Source of the DNA: Saprospiraceae bacterium UBA7687
GTDB taxonomy: Bacteria; Bacteroidota; Bacteroidia; Chitinophagales; Saprospiraceae
Assembly (NCBI GenBank): GCA_002482845.1
Contig: DLGT01000084.1
Location: 13,157 to 77,156 of the forward strand
DNA length: 64,000 nt
Direction of reading: 5' to 3'
Both the position numbers and the translations under genes were made by a program. Position 1 is the first letter of the stretch. The number at the start of each line of letters is the position of its first letter. Under the pieces are notes generated by a model. That model searched no databases, was not told the DNA's origin, and saw nothing but the letters and a program-made list of their open reading frames with translations. This document shows, in pieces, positions 30,095 through 40,313 of the stretch.

Positions 30095-31528
30095 TTAAGA
30101 CAATTGAAATTCAGGAAGTTTGACTAAAAATCCTAATAAATTAGCAATTTGGAAAGGCGCTTCATTCCAATCAAGATTCCAAGATTGGTCTTCAAAATAA
30201 TTCTCAGGAATATCACCTTTGAAATATAAAACGGCTGCTGCATGAAGATCATCATCCAAAGCTCTTCCAAGATAATGATACGTCAACTCTCGCGTGATAA
30301 GGTCAGGATCATTTATCGTTGTACCTACTAAATTTTTGGCTAGTGTTCTTAAGGTCTCGCGATTGGTTTCATTTGCCATGGTATTAATAAGTTCTCTAGA
30401 ATAACTCCATCTCTGAGTCAATGTATTTTCATTAATCCATTCATGATGACCAGGCCAACCAGCTACATTTATTGGGTTAAAAATATTCATACCGAGATTT
30501 TCTGATCCATACCACATTGTTCCAAATCTACTGGTAACTGCCTGCGAATTAAACCCACTCAATCTGACTAAATCCACAAAACATTCTATTGGACTCTTTA
30601 TGATGGCACCCACAAATTCTTCATTATAAAAATGGTCGCTTCTGAATAATGCCTTAAATACTGGTAATAACTCCCAATTGCTAGCTATAAATAGGTCCGC
30701 CAATGCATTCACAAATTCTTGATCAGGGACTTTATGTATAAAATGAGCGTACAACTTTCCACAAATATATCGAGCTACCTGAACCTTTCTTTCTGTAAAG
30801 ATCAAATTATGCACTTCGTTGTAACCCCATTTTCCAGTTTTGCCAAAGATGGTTTTATTATTATTATCAAAACGACTATTGACAAAAGTCACATCATTAC
30901 ATTCATACATATTACATCGCCATCCTGTCAAAGCACGAGCTACTTCTACTACATCAAACTGTGTATAACCATTATTTTCTCCCATGGTGAATAATTCCAT
31001 CAACTCACGAGCGTAGTTTTCATTAGGATTACCGACAGCATTTAAATTACCATTTAGGTAACTAAGCATAGCGGGTGACTTTCCTATAGCTTCCACAAAT
31101 GTTTTAAAATTTCCTAAACAATATTGATTCAACAACCAATAATAATTCCAAAGGTATTTATTACAATCGTAGACATTAAGTTCAGTTACGAAGTGATTAT
31201 GCCAGAAAAGCACAATTTTACTACGCAAACCATCATCTATCATATCTGTCAAATAACGATAATAATGTTCTTCCCTATGTTCAAATTTCAGATTATCGGT
31301 ATTCTCATAATCCGCTGCTGTAAAATTTGACCAAGATGGCCCTGTAGGCAAAGCCCTAGATTTTATACCATCCAAAAGACTGCCTATCAACACCTGTGGA
31401 TTAGCTGCCAAAGCGTTTGTTATTTGAGTCGGAGTAGGACCAAATCCCAATCTCCTATATAGATGGATGACTCGTTGTTTGTTCCAAGGTTTGTCAGATG
31501 TTGGTTGAAAGGGTTGAATGCCTGCCAT
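30095..31528 (-). CDS. DUF1800 family protein (partner of DUF1501)
   Basis: The 'VLFWHNHFVT' motif and the conserved DUF1800-DUF1501 gene order. The start may instead be 31579, as in the ORF track. Confidence 0.7.
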   Translation of the reverse strand: MAGIQPFQPTSDKPWNKQRVIHLYRRLGFGPTPTQITNALAANPQVLIGSLLDGIKSRALPTGPSWSNFTAADYENTDNLKFEHREEHYYRYLTDMIDDGLRSKIVLFWHNHFVTELNVYDCNKYLWNYYWLLNQYCLGNFKTFVEAIGKSPAMLSYLNGNLNAVGNPNENYARELMELFTMGENNGYTQFDVVEVARALTGWRCNMYECNDVTFVNSRFDNNNKTIFGKTGKWGYNEVHNLIFTERKVQVARYICGKLYAHFIHKVPDQEFVNALADLFIASNWELLPVFKALFRSDHFYNEEFVGAIIKSPIECFVDLVRLSGFNSQAVTSRFGTMWYGSENLGMNIFNPINVAGWPGHHEWINENTLTQRWSYSRELINTMANETNRETLRTLAKNLVGTTINDPDLITRELTYHYLGRALDDDLHAAAVLYFKGDIPENYFEDQSWNLDWNEAPFQIANLLGFLVKLPEFQLS

Positions 31529-31629
31529 ATTTATTGCTATATCAGAAAATTTCACGCAATTTATTACATTTTTTAACAAAATAGAAAAAACTTATATATT
31601 TTTACGATGCCGAACAAAAAATCGCTGTT

Positions 31630-34600
31630 ATGTGTAAGAATATTCTTTTTTATTTGACATTTTCCCTAACTGTACATTCATTATATGGTCAGCAAATACT
31701 ATTTTTTGAAGACTTTAATCAATGTGCATTGTCTGATCAGTGGACAGTAAAAATAGATGGAAATCAAAACGCAGCTTGGTCTGTAGGTATACCAGAAAAT
31801 CCAAAAGCAGATACGCTTTCTATCAATGGTTCGTGCATGTTGGTTATAGATGACGATCTTACCGGAGACAAAACAGATTCATTTAATATTAAGTTTACTT
31901 CAGCATATTTTGATGGCCGTGATTTTTCTGATATAGACTTTAAAGCTCAGGTACATTTCAGGAGAGACAAACAAGAATATTTGCGCATTTGGATTGATAA
32001 TGGCAAAAAAGAATATCTTATCAGGGAATTTAAAAATAGAAACTACTCAGGAGATAAATTTACTGATTATGTGGATATTTCTGCTGACCTTAGTTTTATT
32101 GCATCAGACAGTATGAGAATCATTATAGAATATGACGATGCTAATGCTTGGGGATGGTGGGCAGGCATTGACAATATAAGTGTCACAGGAAGTAAAGATG
32201 GTCAAATCGTTTTGGGCGAAAACTTTAATGATTGTAAATTGCCAGAAGGGTGGACCACTGAAATACTAAATGGCGTAGATGATTGGAATTTTGGCATATT
32301 TAACGATGGGAGAACGATAGATGGCAGTTGTTTTGTCTATTTTAACGATGACATCTTGGGTGAAACCGCTCCATTATCTAAAATCAGAATTTATGGTCCT
32401 ACATTTAATGCAACAGAGTTTTCTAATTACAAGTTGACTTATGACCTAATATATAGGACTTATGAAGCCAATGAATACTTACAATTATATGTGGATAATG
32501 GCAAAGAATGGATTCCTGTCAAAATCTACACATCAGATTTTGGTGGTCCTGAAGTGGACAAATCACAACAGGATTCCATAGATTTATCTCCATTCAGAGG
32601 AGAGCAGATAAGATTAATATGGGAGCACAATGATGGAGGTTGGGCTTGGTGGGTAGGTTTTGACAATGTAAAAGTAACTGGAAAAGGTAGTATCAATGAT
32701 AGATGTAATAAAGCTACACCATTAGTTATGGATGGTGATTGTCTCGTTTTTGATAATACAAATGCATTAAATACGGATGATCTAGATCCTACAAATTCTG
32801 ACCCTGCCATTGGTTATTTATATTATACATGGAAGTCTTCATCTAATGCAGATTTCAAAATCTTAACCCAAAGTAGTTTTAATGATCAAATTGAAATATT
32901 CGAAGGTAGTTGTGCGCAACCATCGAAAATAAAAAGTGTAAATAGAGATGAATATGGTTTTGAAGGAGAAGAAATTATTCTTAAAGCAGATGCAGAAAAA
33001 GATTATATCATACGCTTGTCTGGTAAAGCTGCAGAATTTGGATTAGAAAAAGGAAATGGATGTATTTCTTTGGTATCCAATCCTGCTATAATAGCTCAAC
33101 CCGACAACGACTTATGTTTGGAAGCCATGCCGATTTTAAAAAATCAACCTTGTGTGAATGCTCAAAATAAACTTGCTGACTTCGATGGCCCTATTCCGAC
33201 CAAAAACATAAGGTCAAGAGCGGATATCTGGTATGCATTCACACCACAAGATACGAATGCTTTCGAATTTAAAAGTAATGCAGATTTTGCAGATGCCTTG
33301 GGGGTGTATAAAGGAAGTTGCGATCAATTGGTAGAAGTAGCATCAGAATATTCTGGACAAAAAATATCGATCAAAGAAGTTGAGATTGGTCAAAATTACT
33401 ATTTCCAAGTCAGTGGATATTTCTCCATTCTCGAAGGAAATGTTTGTGGTCAGATTATTGAGCAGCAATCGCCTATTATCGCAAATGATGATTGTGTGGC
33501 TTCACTTCCTATTATACACAACAGTCAATGTACCGCTTCCATAAATACAGGTGCTAGTTACTCAGGTGTGCGACCATCTTGCGACTACACGGTTATGTCT
33601 GATGTGTGGTTTTCTTTTATAGCGCCAAGTTCAAATAATGTGTTCATCAGGGCAAACGTAGATTTTGAGCACATACTTTCTGTTTATGAAGGAACTTGTA
33701 ATGACTTATCTTCTATTTATTGTAATAAAAATCCACACTTTTGTAATGGTTTCATACATTTGGACAATGTAGAATCAGGCAAAACATACTATATCCAAGT
33801 CGGATCTAAAATTATTCAGTCAGGTGCTCAGACAGGCAATATATGTATCGAAATTTTGGATCAAGATCCTATGTGGAAACCGATTACATTTGATGTAAAT
33901 CAAGAGTGTATCAGTAAAGGTGCCGTATTATTGACACCCATTAATTTAGACACACTAGTACATATAACTTTTGATGGTATTGGCATGGATCAGCCGGTAC
34001 TCGGTGGTCAAAGATATGTAATTGAAGGCAAAGATGATGATGGTTGTATAGTCACCAAAGTAATCAATACGCAATCTTGTAATGATTTTGGTTGTACCAT
34101 CGCGGCTACTTTGGAACAGACCAATGCAACTTGCTATGGTCAAAATAACGGTATGGCATCTTTTGAAATAGAAGGTGGACTTGAGCCATATGAGATCCGA
34201 TGGTCGCATGGCGTAATAGGTAGTGAAGTCACATCATTGGCTGCAGGAAGCTATCAAGTAACTATTTCTGATGGTTCAGCGTGTGAACTTATACAACAAG
34301 TTGTCATTAATCAACCCGCTGAGATATTGACCAACCCTAGCTTTACACAGCCTTTATGTTTCGGAGACGAAACAGGTAGTATTAATCTTACTGTAATCGG
34401 AGGGATAAGTCCTTATCAATATCAATGGTCCAATGGGAATACTACATCATTGATAAATAATGTTTCTGGTGGCAACTACATTATTACCATCACTGACAGT
34501 AATAATTGTACATCTTCCCAAACTTTCCAATTGTCGCAACCAGAACAAATCATCATTACTGAAAACATCACGAATAATCCTTGTCCTGGTGACTCACTTG

Positions 34601-35280
34601 GTGAAATATCTGTATTCATAAAAGGAGGAACTGGAAGTTACGACATAAAGTGGTTAGGAAACGAAGGTAGTGCAAAACTCACCAACCTATTAGCGGGAAT
34701 TTATACGGTAGAAGTTACGGATGATAATAATTGTATTGCACAAGATACCTTTGAAGTTTTGAGTCCTGCACCATTAAATTTGATAGTAGACTCGTTATCG
34801 CTTGAAATTATTGATGCTAATCCAGGATATATTTCCATTACAATGAATGGAGGTACAGCACCATACGTGTATGAGTGGCAATTAAATGGTGAAAGTATAG
34901 GTCAGAATACCAATATGATTACTGTTTCTGATGCTGGAAGCTATGAAGTATTGGTGTCAGATGCGAATGGTTGTATATGGAACAGTCAAGTCTGGGAAAC
35001 ATCCATCATAAACAATACAAAAAAATTTGAAGAAGTTGTTCAAATAAAATTACTTCCTAATCCAGTTATCGAAAATTTACAAATTGAGTTTTCCAATATT
35101 GGGAATATCGAAAACTGGCAGATTATTGATTTATTAGGAAGAACGGTATTAACGAATAAAGATACCCAATTGAATGAGCATAAATTAAACATCAACGTTG
35201 GACAATTGACAGCAGGAACTTATTTCTATAATTGTCAAAAAGATGGAAAACGTTTTATCTCTAAATTTATTAAAATATAA
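31630..35280 (+). CDS. Large secreted multidomain protein: 2 MAM/jelly-roll-like modules, 3 Cys-framed beta modules, SprB-type repeats, T9SS type-A CTD
   Basis: Signal peptide. The repeated motifs 'WGWWAGIDNISVTG' and 'WAWWVGFDNVKVTG'. SprB-like repeats (CYGQNNGMASFEIEGGLEPYEIRW, CFGDETGSINLTVIGGISPYQYQW, ...). The CTD is 'LLPNPVIENLQIEF..'. Confidence 0.8.
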   Translation: MCKNILFYLTFSLTVHSLYGQQILFFEDFNQCALSDQWTVKIDGNQNAAWSVGIPENPKADTLSINGSCMLVIDDDLTGDKTDSFNIKFTSAYFDGRDFSDIDFKAQVHFRRDKQEYLRIWIDNGKKEYLIREFKNRNYSGDKFTDYVDISADLSFIASDSMRIIIEYDDANAWGWWAGIDNISVTGSKDGQIVLGENFNDCKLPEGWTTEILNGVDDWNFGIFNDGRTIDGSCFVYFNDDILGETAPLSKIRIYGPTFNATEFSNYKLTYDLIYRTYEANEYLQLYVDNGKEWIPVKIYTSDFGGPEVDKSQQDSIDLSPFRGEQIRLIWEHNDGGWAWWVGFDNVKVTGKGSINDRCNKATPLVMDGDCLVFDNTNALNTDDLDPTNSDPAIGYLYYTWKSSSNADFKILTQSSFNDQIEIFEGSCAQPSKIKSVNRDEYGFEGEEIILKADAEKDYIIRLSGKAAEFGLEKGNGCISLVSNPAIIAQPDNDLCLEAMPILKNQPCVNAQNKLADFDGPIPTKNIRSRADIWYAFTPQDTNAFEFKSNADFADALGVYKGSCDQLVEVASEYSGQKISIKEVEIGQNYYFQVSGYFSILEGNVCGQIIEQQSPIIANDDCVASLPIIHNSQCTASINTGASYSGVRPSCDYTVMSDVWFSFIAPSSNNVFIRANVDFEHILSVYEGTCNDLSSIYCNKNPHFCNGFIHLDNVESGKTYYIQVGSKIIQSGAQTGNICIEILDQDPMWKPITFDVNQECISKGAVLLTPINLDTLVHITFDGIGMDQPVLGGQRYVIEGKDDDGCIVTKVINTQSCNDFGCTIAATLEQTNATCYGQNNGMASFEIEGGLEPYEIRWSHGVIGSEVTSLAAGSYQVTISDGSACELIQQVVINQPAEILTNPSFTQPLCFGDETGSINLTVIGGISPYQYQWSNGNTTSLINNVSGGNYIITITDSNNCTSSQTFQLSQPEQIIITENITNNPCPGDSLGEISVFIKGGTGSYDIKWLGNEGSAKLTNLLAGIYTVEVTDDNNCIAQDTFEVLSPAPLNLIVDSLSLEIIDANPGYISITMNGGTAPYVYEWQLNGESIGQNTNMITVSDAGSYEVLVSDANGCIWNSQVWETSIINNTKKFEEVVQIKLLPNPVIENLQIEFSNIGNIENWQIIDLLGRTVLTNKDTQLNEHKLNINVGQLTAGTYFYNCQKDGKRFISKFIKI

Positions 35281-35340
35281 GTTTTGTAATTAGCGTATTA
35301 GAAAGATAATTTTTTATTCTGAAAAGTAAATTTGTCGACA

Positions 35341-35961
35341 TCAAGACAAATCCATATCCAATAAAACGGACAATTCGTCTTTACACTGATCAGAATTCTG
35401 AAAATGAATCGACTTTATACCTAGTTTAGTTGCCGCAGTATAATTATTTGGGTTGTCATCTATAAATATAGCTTTAGATCTATCAATATAATATCTATCA
35501 AGAAGTAATTCAAAAATTGCGGGGTCAGGTTTTTTGAGATTTTCACTACCTGAAACTAAAATTCCATCAAACCAATGCAAAAATTCATACATCCCAAGTG
35601 CAATAGGAAATGATTCTGCCGACCAATTAGTCAACGCTACTATTTTAAATTTACCACTTGCTTTGAGTTTTGCAAACATCTCTACGGTAGGTTGAATTGG
35701 ACCGCCAAGCATCTCTACCCATTTACCATAATAAGCTTCTATTTCTTTAGTATAATGGGGGTATTGGTCTATCAACTCCTTTGTCGCATCAGCAAAAAGT
35801 CTGCCAGCATCCTGTTGTTCATTCCAATGAGAAGTACATATTTCGGACAGAAAATACTCCATTGCATCTTCCGTAACAAACATATTTTTGTACACATATC
35901 TTGGATTCCAATCTATGAGAACTGCACCAAGATCAAAAATGATCGTATCGTATAAATTCAT
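35341..35961 (-). CDS. HAD-superfamily hydrolase
   Basis: Motif I 'IIFDLGAVLIDW', motif II LTNW, and motif III/IV K..//FIDDN. Confidence 0.7.
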   Translation of the reverse strand: MNLYDTIIFDLGAVLIDWNPRYVYKNMFVTEDAMEYFLSEICTSHWNEQQDAGRLFADATKELIDQYPHYTKEIEAYYGKWVEMLGGPIQPTVEMFAKLKASGKFKIVALTNWSAESFPIALGMYEFLHWFDGILVSGSENLKKPDPAIFELLLDRYYIDRSKAIFIDDNPNNYTAATKLGIKSIHFQNSDQCKDELSVLLDMDLS

Positions 35962-35971
35962 TAAGTTTAAA

Positions 35972-36709
35972 TTAAAGTCTTCTTACCCAAATATTTCTAA
36001 AACTGACTAAATCACCATGATCTTGCAAAATAAATGGTGCTCCACCGTGGACAGGATTTTTTGGGAAGCCAATATATTCCGTCGTACCCAAGATTTCAGC
36101 ATTATTTTGAGTCACTACACCATTATGAATTACCGTAACACGAGCAGATGCTAATTTATTACCGAATGCATCAAATTTAGGTGCAGAATATATAATGTCG
36201 TAAGTATTCCACTCACCTGTTTTACTGCATACATTATTTAAAGGTGGTCTTTGTTTGTAAATTGAACTAGCCTGACCGTTATAATATGTTTCGTTATTAT
36301 AATTGTCCAAAATCTGGATTTCGTACCTTGACTGCATGAAGATACCACTATTACCTCTACCCTGCCCTTCACCTTTAACTACCAGCGGGCTTCTCCATTC
36401 AAGATGTAAATGACAATCCCCAAATGAAGCTTTGGTCATGATATCACCGCCACCTGGTTTTACAGTCAGTACACCATTATCGAGTGTCCATTCTACTTTT
36501 GCCCCATCTAACTTTGTCCATTGGTCTACATTATTGTCTAGCAAAACTATGGCATCCGATGGAATATCCCATTTTAGTGGTTTGCCAGCTAGTACAGACG
36601 GTTTTCTTGTCCAATCTTCAGTATGTTTTGGATCTTTGGGCTCGACAACTTGACTAAATGATAATATTGAATAAGTTATAAAAAACAAACAAAGAAGATT
36701 ACGTAACAT
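35972..36709 (-). CDS. DUF1080 (3-keto-disaccharide hydrolase-like, concanavalin fold) secreted protein
   Basis: Signal peptide, plus 'WTLDNGVLTV', 'GNSGIFMQSRYEIQILD' and 'LQDHGDLVSFRNIWVR', typical of DUF1080. Confidence 0.7.
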   Translation of the reverse strand: MLRNLLCLFFITYSILSFSQVVEPKDPKHTEDWTRKPSVLAGKPLKWDIPSDAIVLLDNNVDQWTKLDGAKVEWTLDNGVLTVKPGGGDIMTKASFGDCHLHLEWRSPLVVKGEGQGRGNSGIFMQSRYEIQILDNYNNETYYNGQASSIYKQRPPLNNVCSKTGEWNTYDIIYSAPKFDAFGNKLASARVTVIHNGVVTQNNAEILGTTEYIGFPKNPVHGGAPFILQDHGDLVSFRNIWVRRL

Positions 36710-36920
36710 GGCTTTAAAATTTTATGGTAAATGAATAATGGTCAATAAATTAAGTTAGGCCCCATTTTTATCAATGAAAACACTATCTTGATACAATTTA
36801 AAATCTAAAAGTCGACTTTGCTAAAACACTTTAAATTTAAGTGCGAAACTAAGGTTAAAATCTTTGAAAAAAAAATTAAATTTGCGTCGCATTATTTTAC
36901 TTTTCAAAATATATTAAATC

Positions 36921-37427
36921 ATGAAAATATTTTCTTTTGTCTTTTTATTGTTAATTTCGTTTGCTTCATGCAAAAATGCCAATACAGAATCAAGTCCTGA
37001 AGGCGAAAAAAGTGAAACCTATGAAGGAGAAAAACCAGAAACTCCTGTAGTAAGAATTGATTTAAATGAAATAGCTCAACATGTAGGTAAACTTCCTAAA
37101 GAAGTCGATTTATTTACGAAATATAGCTTAGATGCAAGGATTGAAAAAATAATGGGTACAGATTACGCAGAATTTAAACAAGACTGGAATGAAGAGACGC
37201 CGCTTAAAAAAGATGGTGAAGTCATGTATACAACTGGTTGCAAAGCAGGAGATTGCAAAGCAAACAGATACCTTTTGGTTTTAGATCTATTGCAAAATGG
37301 AGTGAATGTGTATAATTTCAGACAGACTAAAAATAGAACTTATGAAGAAGATAATATTATAATAGGTTTGCCAAATCAGGCTCAAGCCGACTTCGAAAAG
37401 ATACTCAACGAACAAAAAGGAATGTAA
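36921..37427 (+). CDS. Hypothetical lipoprotein
   Basis: Lipobox FASC. No motif was recognised. Confidence 0.5.
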   Translation: MKIFSFVFLLLISFASCKNANTESSPEGEKSETYEGEKPETPVVRIDLNEIAQHVGKLPKEVDLFTKYSLDARIEKIMGTDYAEFKQDWNEETPLKKDGEVMYTTGCKAGDCKANRYLLVLDLLQNGVNVYNFRQTKNRTYEEDNIIIGLPNQAQADFEKILNEQKGM

Positions 37428-37436
37428 TAAGAAGTG

Positions 37437-37486
37437 AATCGCTCAGCTAAATTCATTACAAGAGATTGGCTGAGCGATTTTATTTT
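37437..37486 (+). terminator. Rho-independent terminator
   Basis: Perfect 11-bp stem AATCGCTCAGC / GCTGAGCGATT followed by TTATTTT. Confidence 0.8.
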
Positions 37487-37492
37487 ACTTGT

Positions 37493-38434
37493 TTAGACAG
37501 TAACAACTTCCTTAAAGTATGCATAAGTTTTTATTAGTCCTTCTTCCCTTTGCACCTTAGGTTCCCAACCTAGTAAATTTTGTGCCAATGTGATGTCGGG
37601 TCTTCTTTGTTTAGGATCATCTACTGGCAATGGATTATAAATAATGTGTGCCTTAGGGTTTTGAACAAGTTTTAATATTTCGTCTGCAAACTGCATGATG
37701 GTTATCTCTGATGGATTGCCAATATTAACAGGTCCGGAATAATCGCTCAAAAGCAAACGATAAATACCTTCTACCAAGTCATCTACATAACAGAATGATC
37801 TAGTTTGGTTTCCTTCACCAAAAACAGTCAATCCTTCTCCGCGTATTGCCTGCGAAAAGAAGGCCGGCAAAACCCTGCCATCTTCCACTCTCATTCTCGG
37901 CCCATAAGTGTTAAAGATTCTTACAATTCTCGTTTCTAGACCATGAAAAGTGTGGTAAGCCATGGTAATTGCTTCTTGAAACCTTTTGGCTTCATCATAG
38001 ACACCACGTGGACCTATTGGATTGACATTTCCCCAATAATCTTCTTTTTGTGGATGCACCAATGGGTCTCCATATACCTCAGAAGTTGATGCAATAAGAA
38101 TTCGAGCATTTTTTGACTTGGCCAAACCTAATAAATTGTGTGTTCCTAAAGAACCAACTTTTAAGGTTTGAATTGGCATCTTCAAGTAATCAATAGGACT
38201 CGCCGGTGATGCAAAATGCAAAATATAATCTAATTGTCCTGGCACATGAACAAATTTAGATACATCATGGTGGTAATACTCAAAGTTTTTGAGTGGAAAA
38301 AGATGTTCAATGTTTTTTATATTTCCAGTGATAAGGTTATCCATTCCTATGACATGATATCCTTCTTTTACATATCTATCACATAGATGGGAACCAATAA
38401 AGCCTGCTGCTCCCGTGATTAAAATTCGTTTCAT
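37493..38434 (-). CDS. UDP-glucuronate decarboxylase (UDP-xylose synthase), extended SDR
   Basis: [27 protein letters not shown] and [10 protein letters not shown], typical of UXS. Confidence 0.8.
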   Translation of the reverse strand: MKRILITGAAGFIGSHLCDRYVKEGYHVIGMDNLITGNIKNIEHLFPLKNFEYYHHDVSKFVHVPGQLDYILHFASPASPIDYLKMPIQTLKVGSLGTHNLLGLAKSKNARILIASTSEVYGDPLVHPQKEDYWGNVNPIGPRGVYDEAKRFQEAITMAYHTFHGLETRIVRIFNTYGPRMRVEDGRVLPAFFSQAIRGEGLTVFGEGNQTRSFCYVDDLVEGIYRLLLSDYSGPVNIGNPSEITIMQFADEILKLVQNPKAHIIYNPLPVDDPKQRRPDITLAQNLLGWEPKVQREEGLIKTYAYFKEVVTV

Positions 38435-38792
38435 TTAAAATAATATTATACTTGTCCTAAATTAAATAATTTCCAAAACTGAAAGATCGTGAATACGCAA
38501 AATAAATTGGATTTAAAATCAAAAAATAATACATTCATTTTGAATACCCTGCTGGCAAAGGTAGTTTTAATTTTATTATTCCACCCAAGACTGCTGTTGA
38601 TAAATTCAGTTTGTTACATTTTGTATAAAGTTTTATGCCTGAATAAAAGACAAAACTAACTTAAAGTATAGATTTTTTGAAAAAACAAATACATCTCGAT
38701 AATTAATCTTATTTATTTTTCTGATATTTGCGTTTTATTTAGACGTTAAAGTCCAAAATATATATTTACACCAATATTAAAGTATAATAAGA

Positions 38793-40016
38793 ATGTCTCC
38801 TTTCAAACAAAAAATGACCGGCTACACTTTACCACAGCAGATTCAAGCTATGGGTTTGTATCCTTTTTTTAGAACTATAGAATCTGAACAAGATACTGTA
38901 GTAAAGATCGATGGTAAGGATGTCTTGATGTTCGGATCGAATAGTTATTTGGGTCTAACTAATCACCCAAAACTAAAGGAAGCGTCTATCAAGGCTATAG
39001 AAAAATACGGATCAGGTTGTGCTGGGTCTAGATTTTTGAACGGAACATTGGATATACATCTCGAGTTAGAAGAAAAATTGGCAAGATATGTTGGAAAACC
39101 AGGTGCTTTAGTATTTAGCACAGGCTACCAAGTAAATTTGGGCGTTATTTCTTCTATTCCAGGAAGACATGATTATATCATTATGGACGATTTAGATCAT
39201 GCTTGTATTATAGATGGAGCTAGACTTTCATTTGCAAAAGTCATGAAATATAGCCATAATGATATGGAGTCACTGGAGAAAGCACTAAGCAGATGTGAGT
39301 TAGATAAAATAAAACTAATTGCAATAGATGGCGTATTCAGTATGGAAGGAGATATAGCAAAACTTCCAGAAATCGTCCAATTAGCTGAAAAATATAATGC
39401 TACCATAATGGTTGATGATGCTCATGGATTAGGTGTACTCGGTAAGAATGGTAGTGGTACTTCTGATCATTTCGGTCTTACCGACAAAGTAGACCTAATA
39501 ATGGGTACTTTCAGTAAATCACTTGCAAGTATCGGTGGATTTATTGCAGCTGATATGGATACTATCAATTACCTAAAGCATAATGCTCGGTCATTAATAT
39601 TTAGTGCAAGTATTGCGCCTGCAAATGCAGCAAGTGTTATTGCAGCTGTAGATTTAATACAGGAAGAACCAGAAAGAATAACAGCACTTTGGGATAATAC
39701 ACATTATGCTATGGCTGCACTCAAAAAAGCTGGATTTGATACTGGGCATTCTGTCACGCCTATTATTCCAATATTAATCAGAGATGATTATAAAACTTTC
39801 CAATTGACAAAAATTGCTCTGGAAAGAGGTGTATTTGTTAATCCTGTAGTGTCTCCTGCAGTACCTAGTACATCATCACTTATTAGATATTCGTTGATGG
39901 CAACACATACCAAAGCTCAAATAGACGAGTCAGTATCTATATTAAAACAAATAGCTGATGAAATAGGTGTGTTTGAAGTTAACCCAGAAATGTCAGTGAA
40001 TTTTATCGACATGTAA
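38793..40016 (+). CDS. spt: Alpha-oxoamine synthase: serine palmitoyltransferase-like (or cysteate acyltransferase CapB-like)
   Basis: PLP-lysine motif 'GTFSKSLASIGGF' (the SPT-type GTFSKS), and 'DDAHGLGVLG'. 407 aa. Confidence 0.7.
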   Translation: MSPFKQKMTGYTLPQQIQAMGLYPFFRTIESEQDTVVKIDGKDVLMFGSNSYLGLTNHPKLKEASIKAIEKYGSGCAGSRFLNGTLDIHLELEEKLARYVGKPGALVFSTGYQVNLGVISSIPGRHDYIIMDDLDHACIIDGARLSFAKVMKYSHNDMESLEKALSRCELDKIKLIAIDGVFSMEGDIAKLPEIVQLAEKYNATIMVDDAHGLGVLGKNGSGTSDHFGLTDKVDLIMGTFSKSLASIGGFIAADMDTINYLKHNARSLIFSASIAPANAASVIAAVDLIQEEPERITALWDNTHYAMAALKKAGFDTGHSVTPIIPILIRDDYKTFQLTKIALERGVFVNPVVSPAVPSTSSLIRYSLMATHTKAQIDESVSILKQIADEIGVFEVNPEMSVNFIDM

Positions 40017-40074
40017 ATGTATAGGAGTACGTAAGAGATGTCAAACATTTTTAATCGTACTTATGAAAATATTT

Positions 40075-40119
40075 GCCATAAAGACCTCTTAAGAAGTGGT
40101 TTTTATGGCATTTTTTTTT
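40075..40119 (+). terminator. Rho-independent terminator after the spt-like gene
   Basis: Stem GCCATAAA / TTTATGGC followed by T9. Confidence 0.75.
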
Positions 40120-40200
40120 ACTATCATTCAAATTTAACTTAAGATTTAGAATAAAGTCAAAAACAATTACGCATTTGGCAATATTCATTTGAATAAATCT

Positions 40201-40208
40201 TACTTTTG
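40201..40208 (+). promoter_or_regulatory. Candidate -7 promoter box (TACTTTTG)
   Basis: Exact TAnnTTTG match 106 nt upstream of the ATG at 40314. Confidence 0.3.
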
Positions 40209-40313
40209 GGGACAATTGTAACTAAGACATTTTTATATCTTGGATAATGATTCGTAATTTATGTCATTTTGACATCAACTTTAATTTAACAAATCGAGTA
40301 TAAATCATTAATT

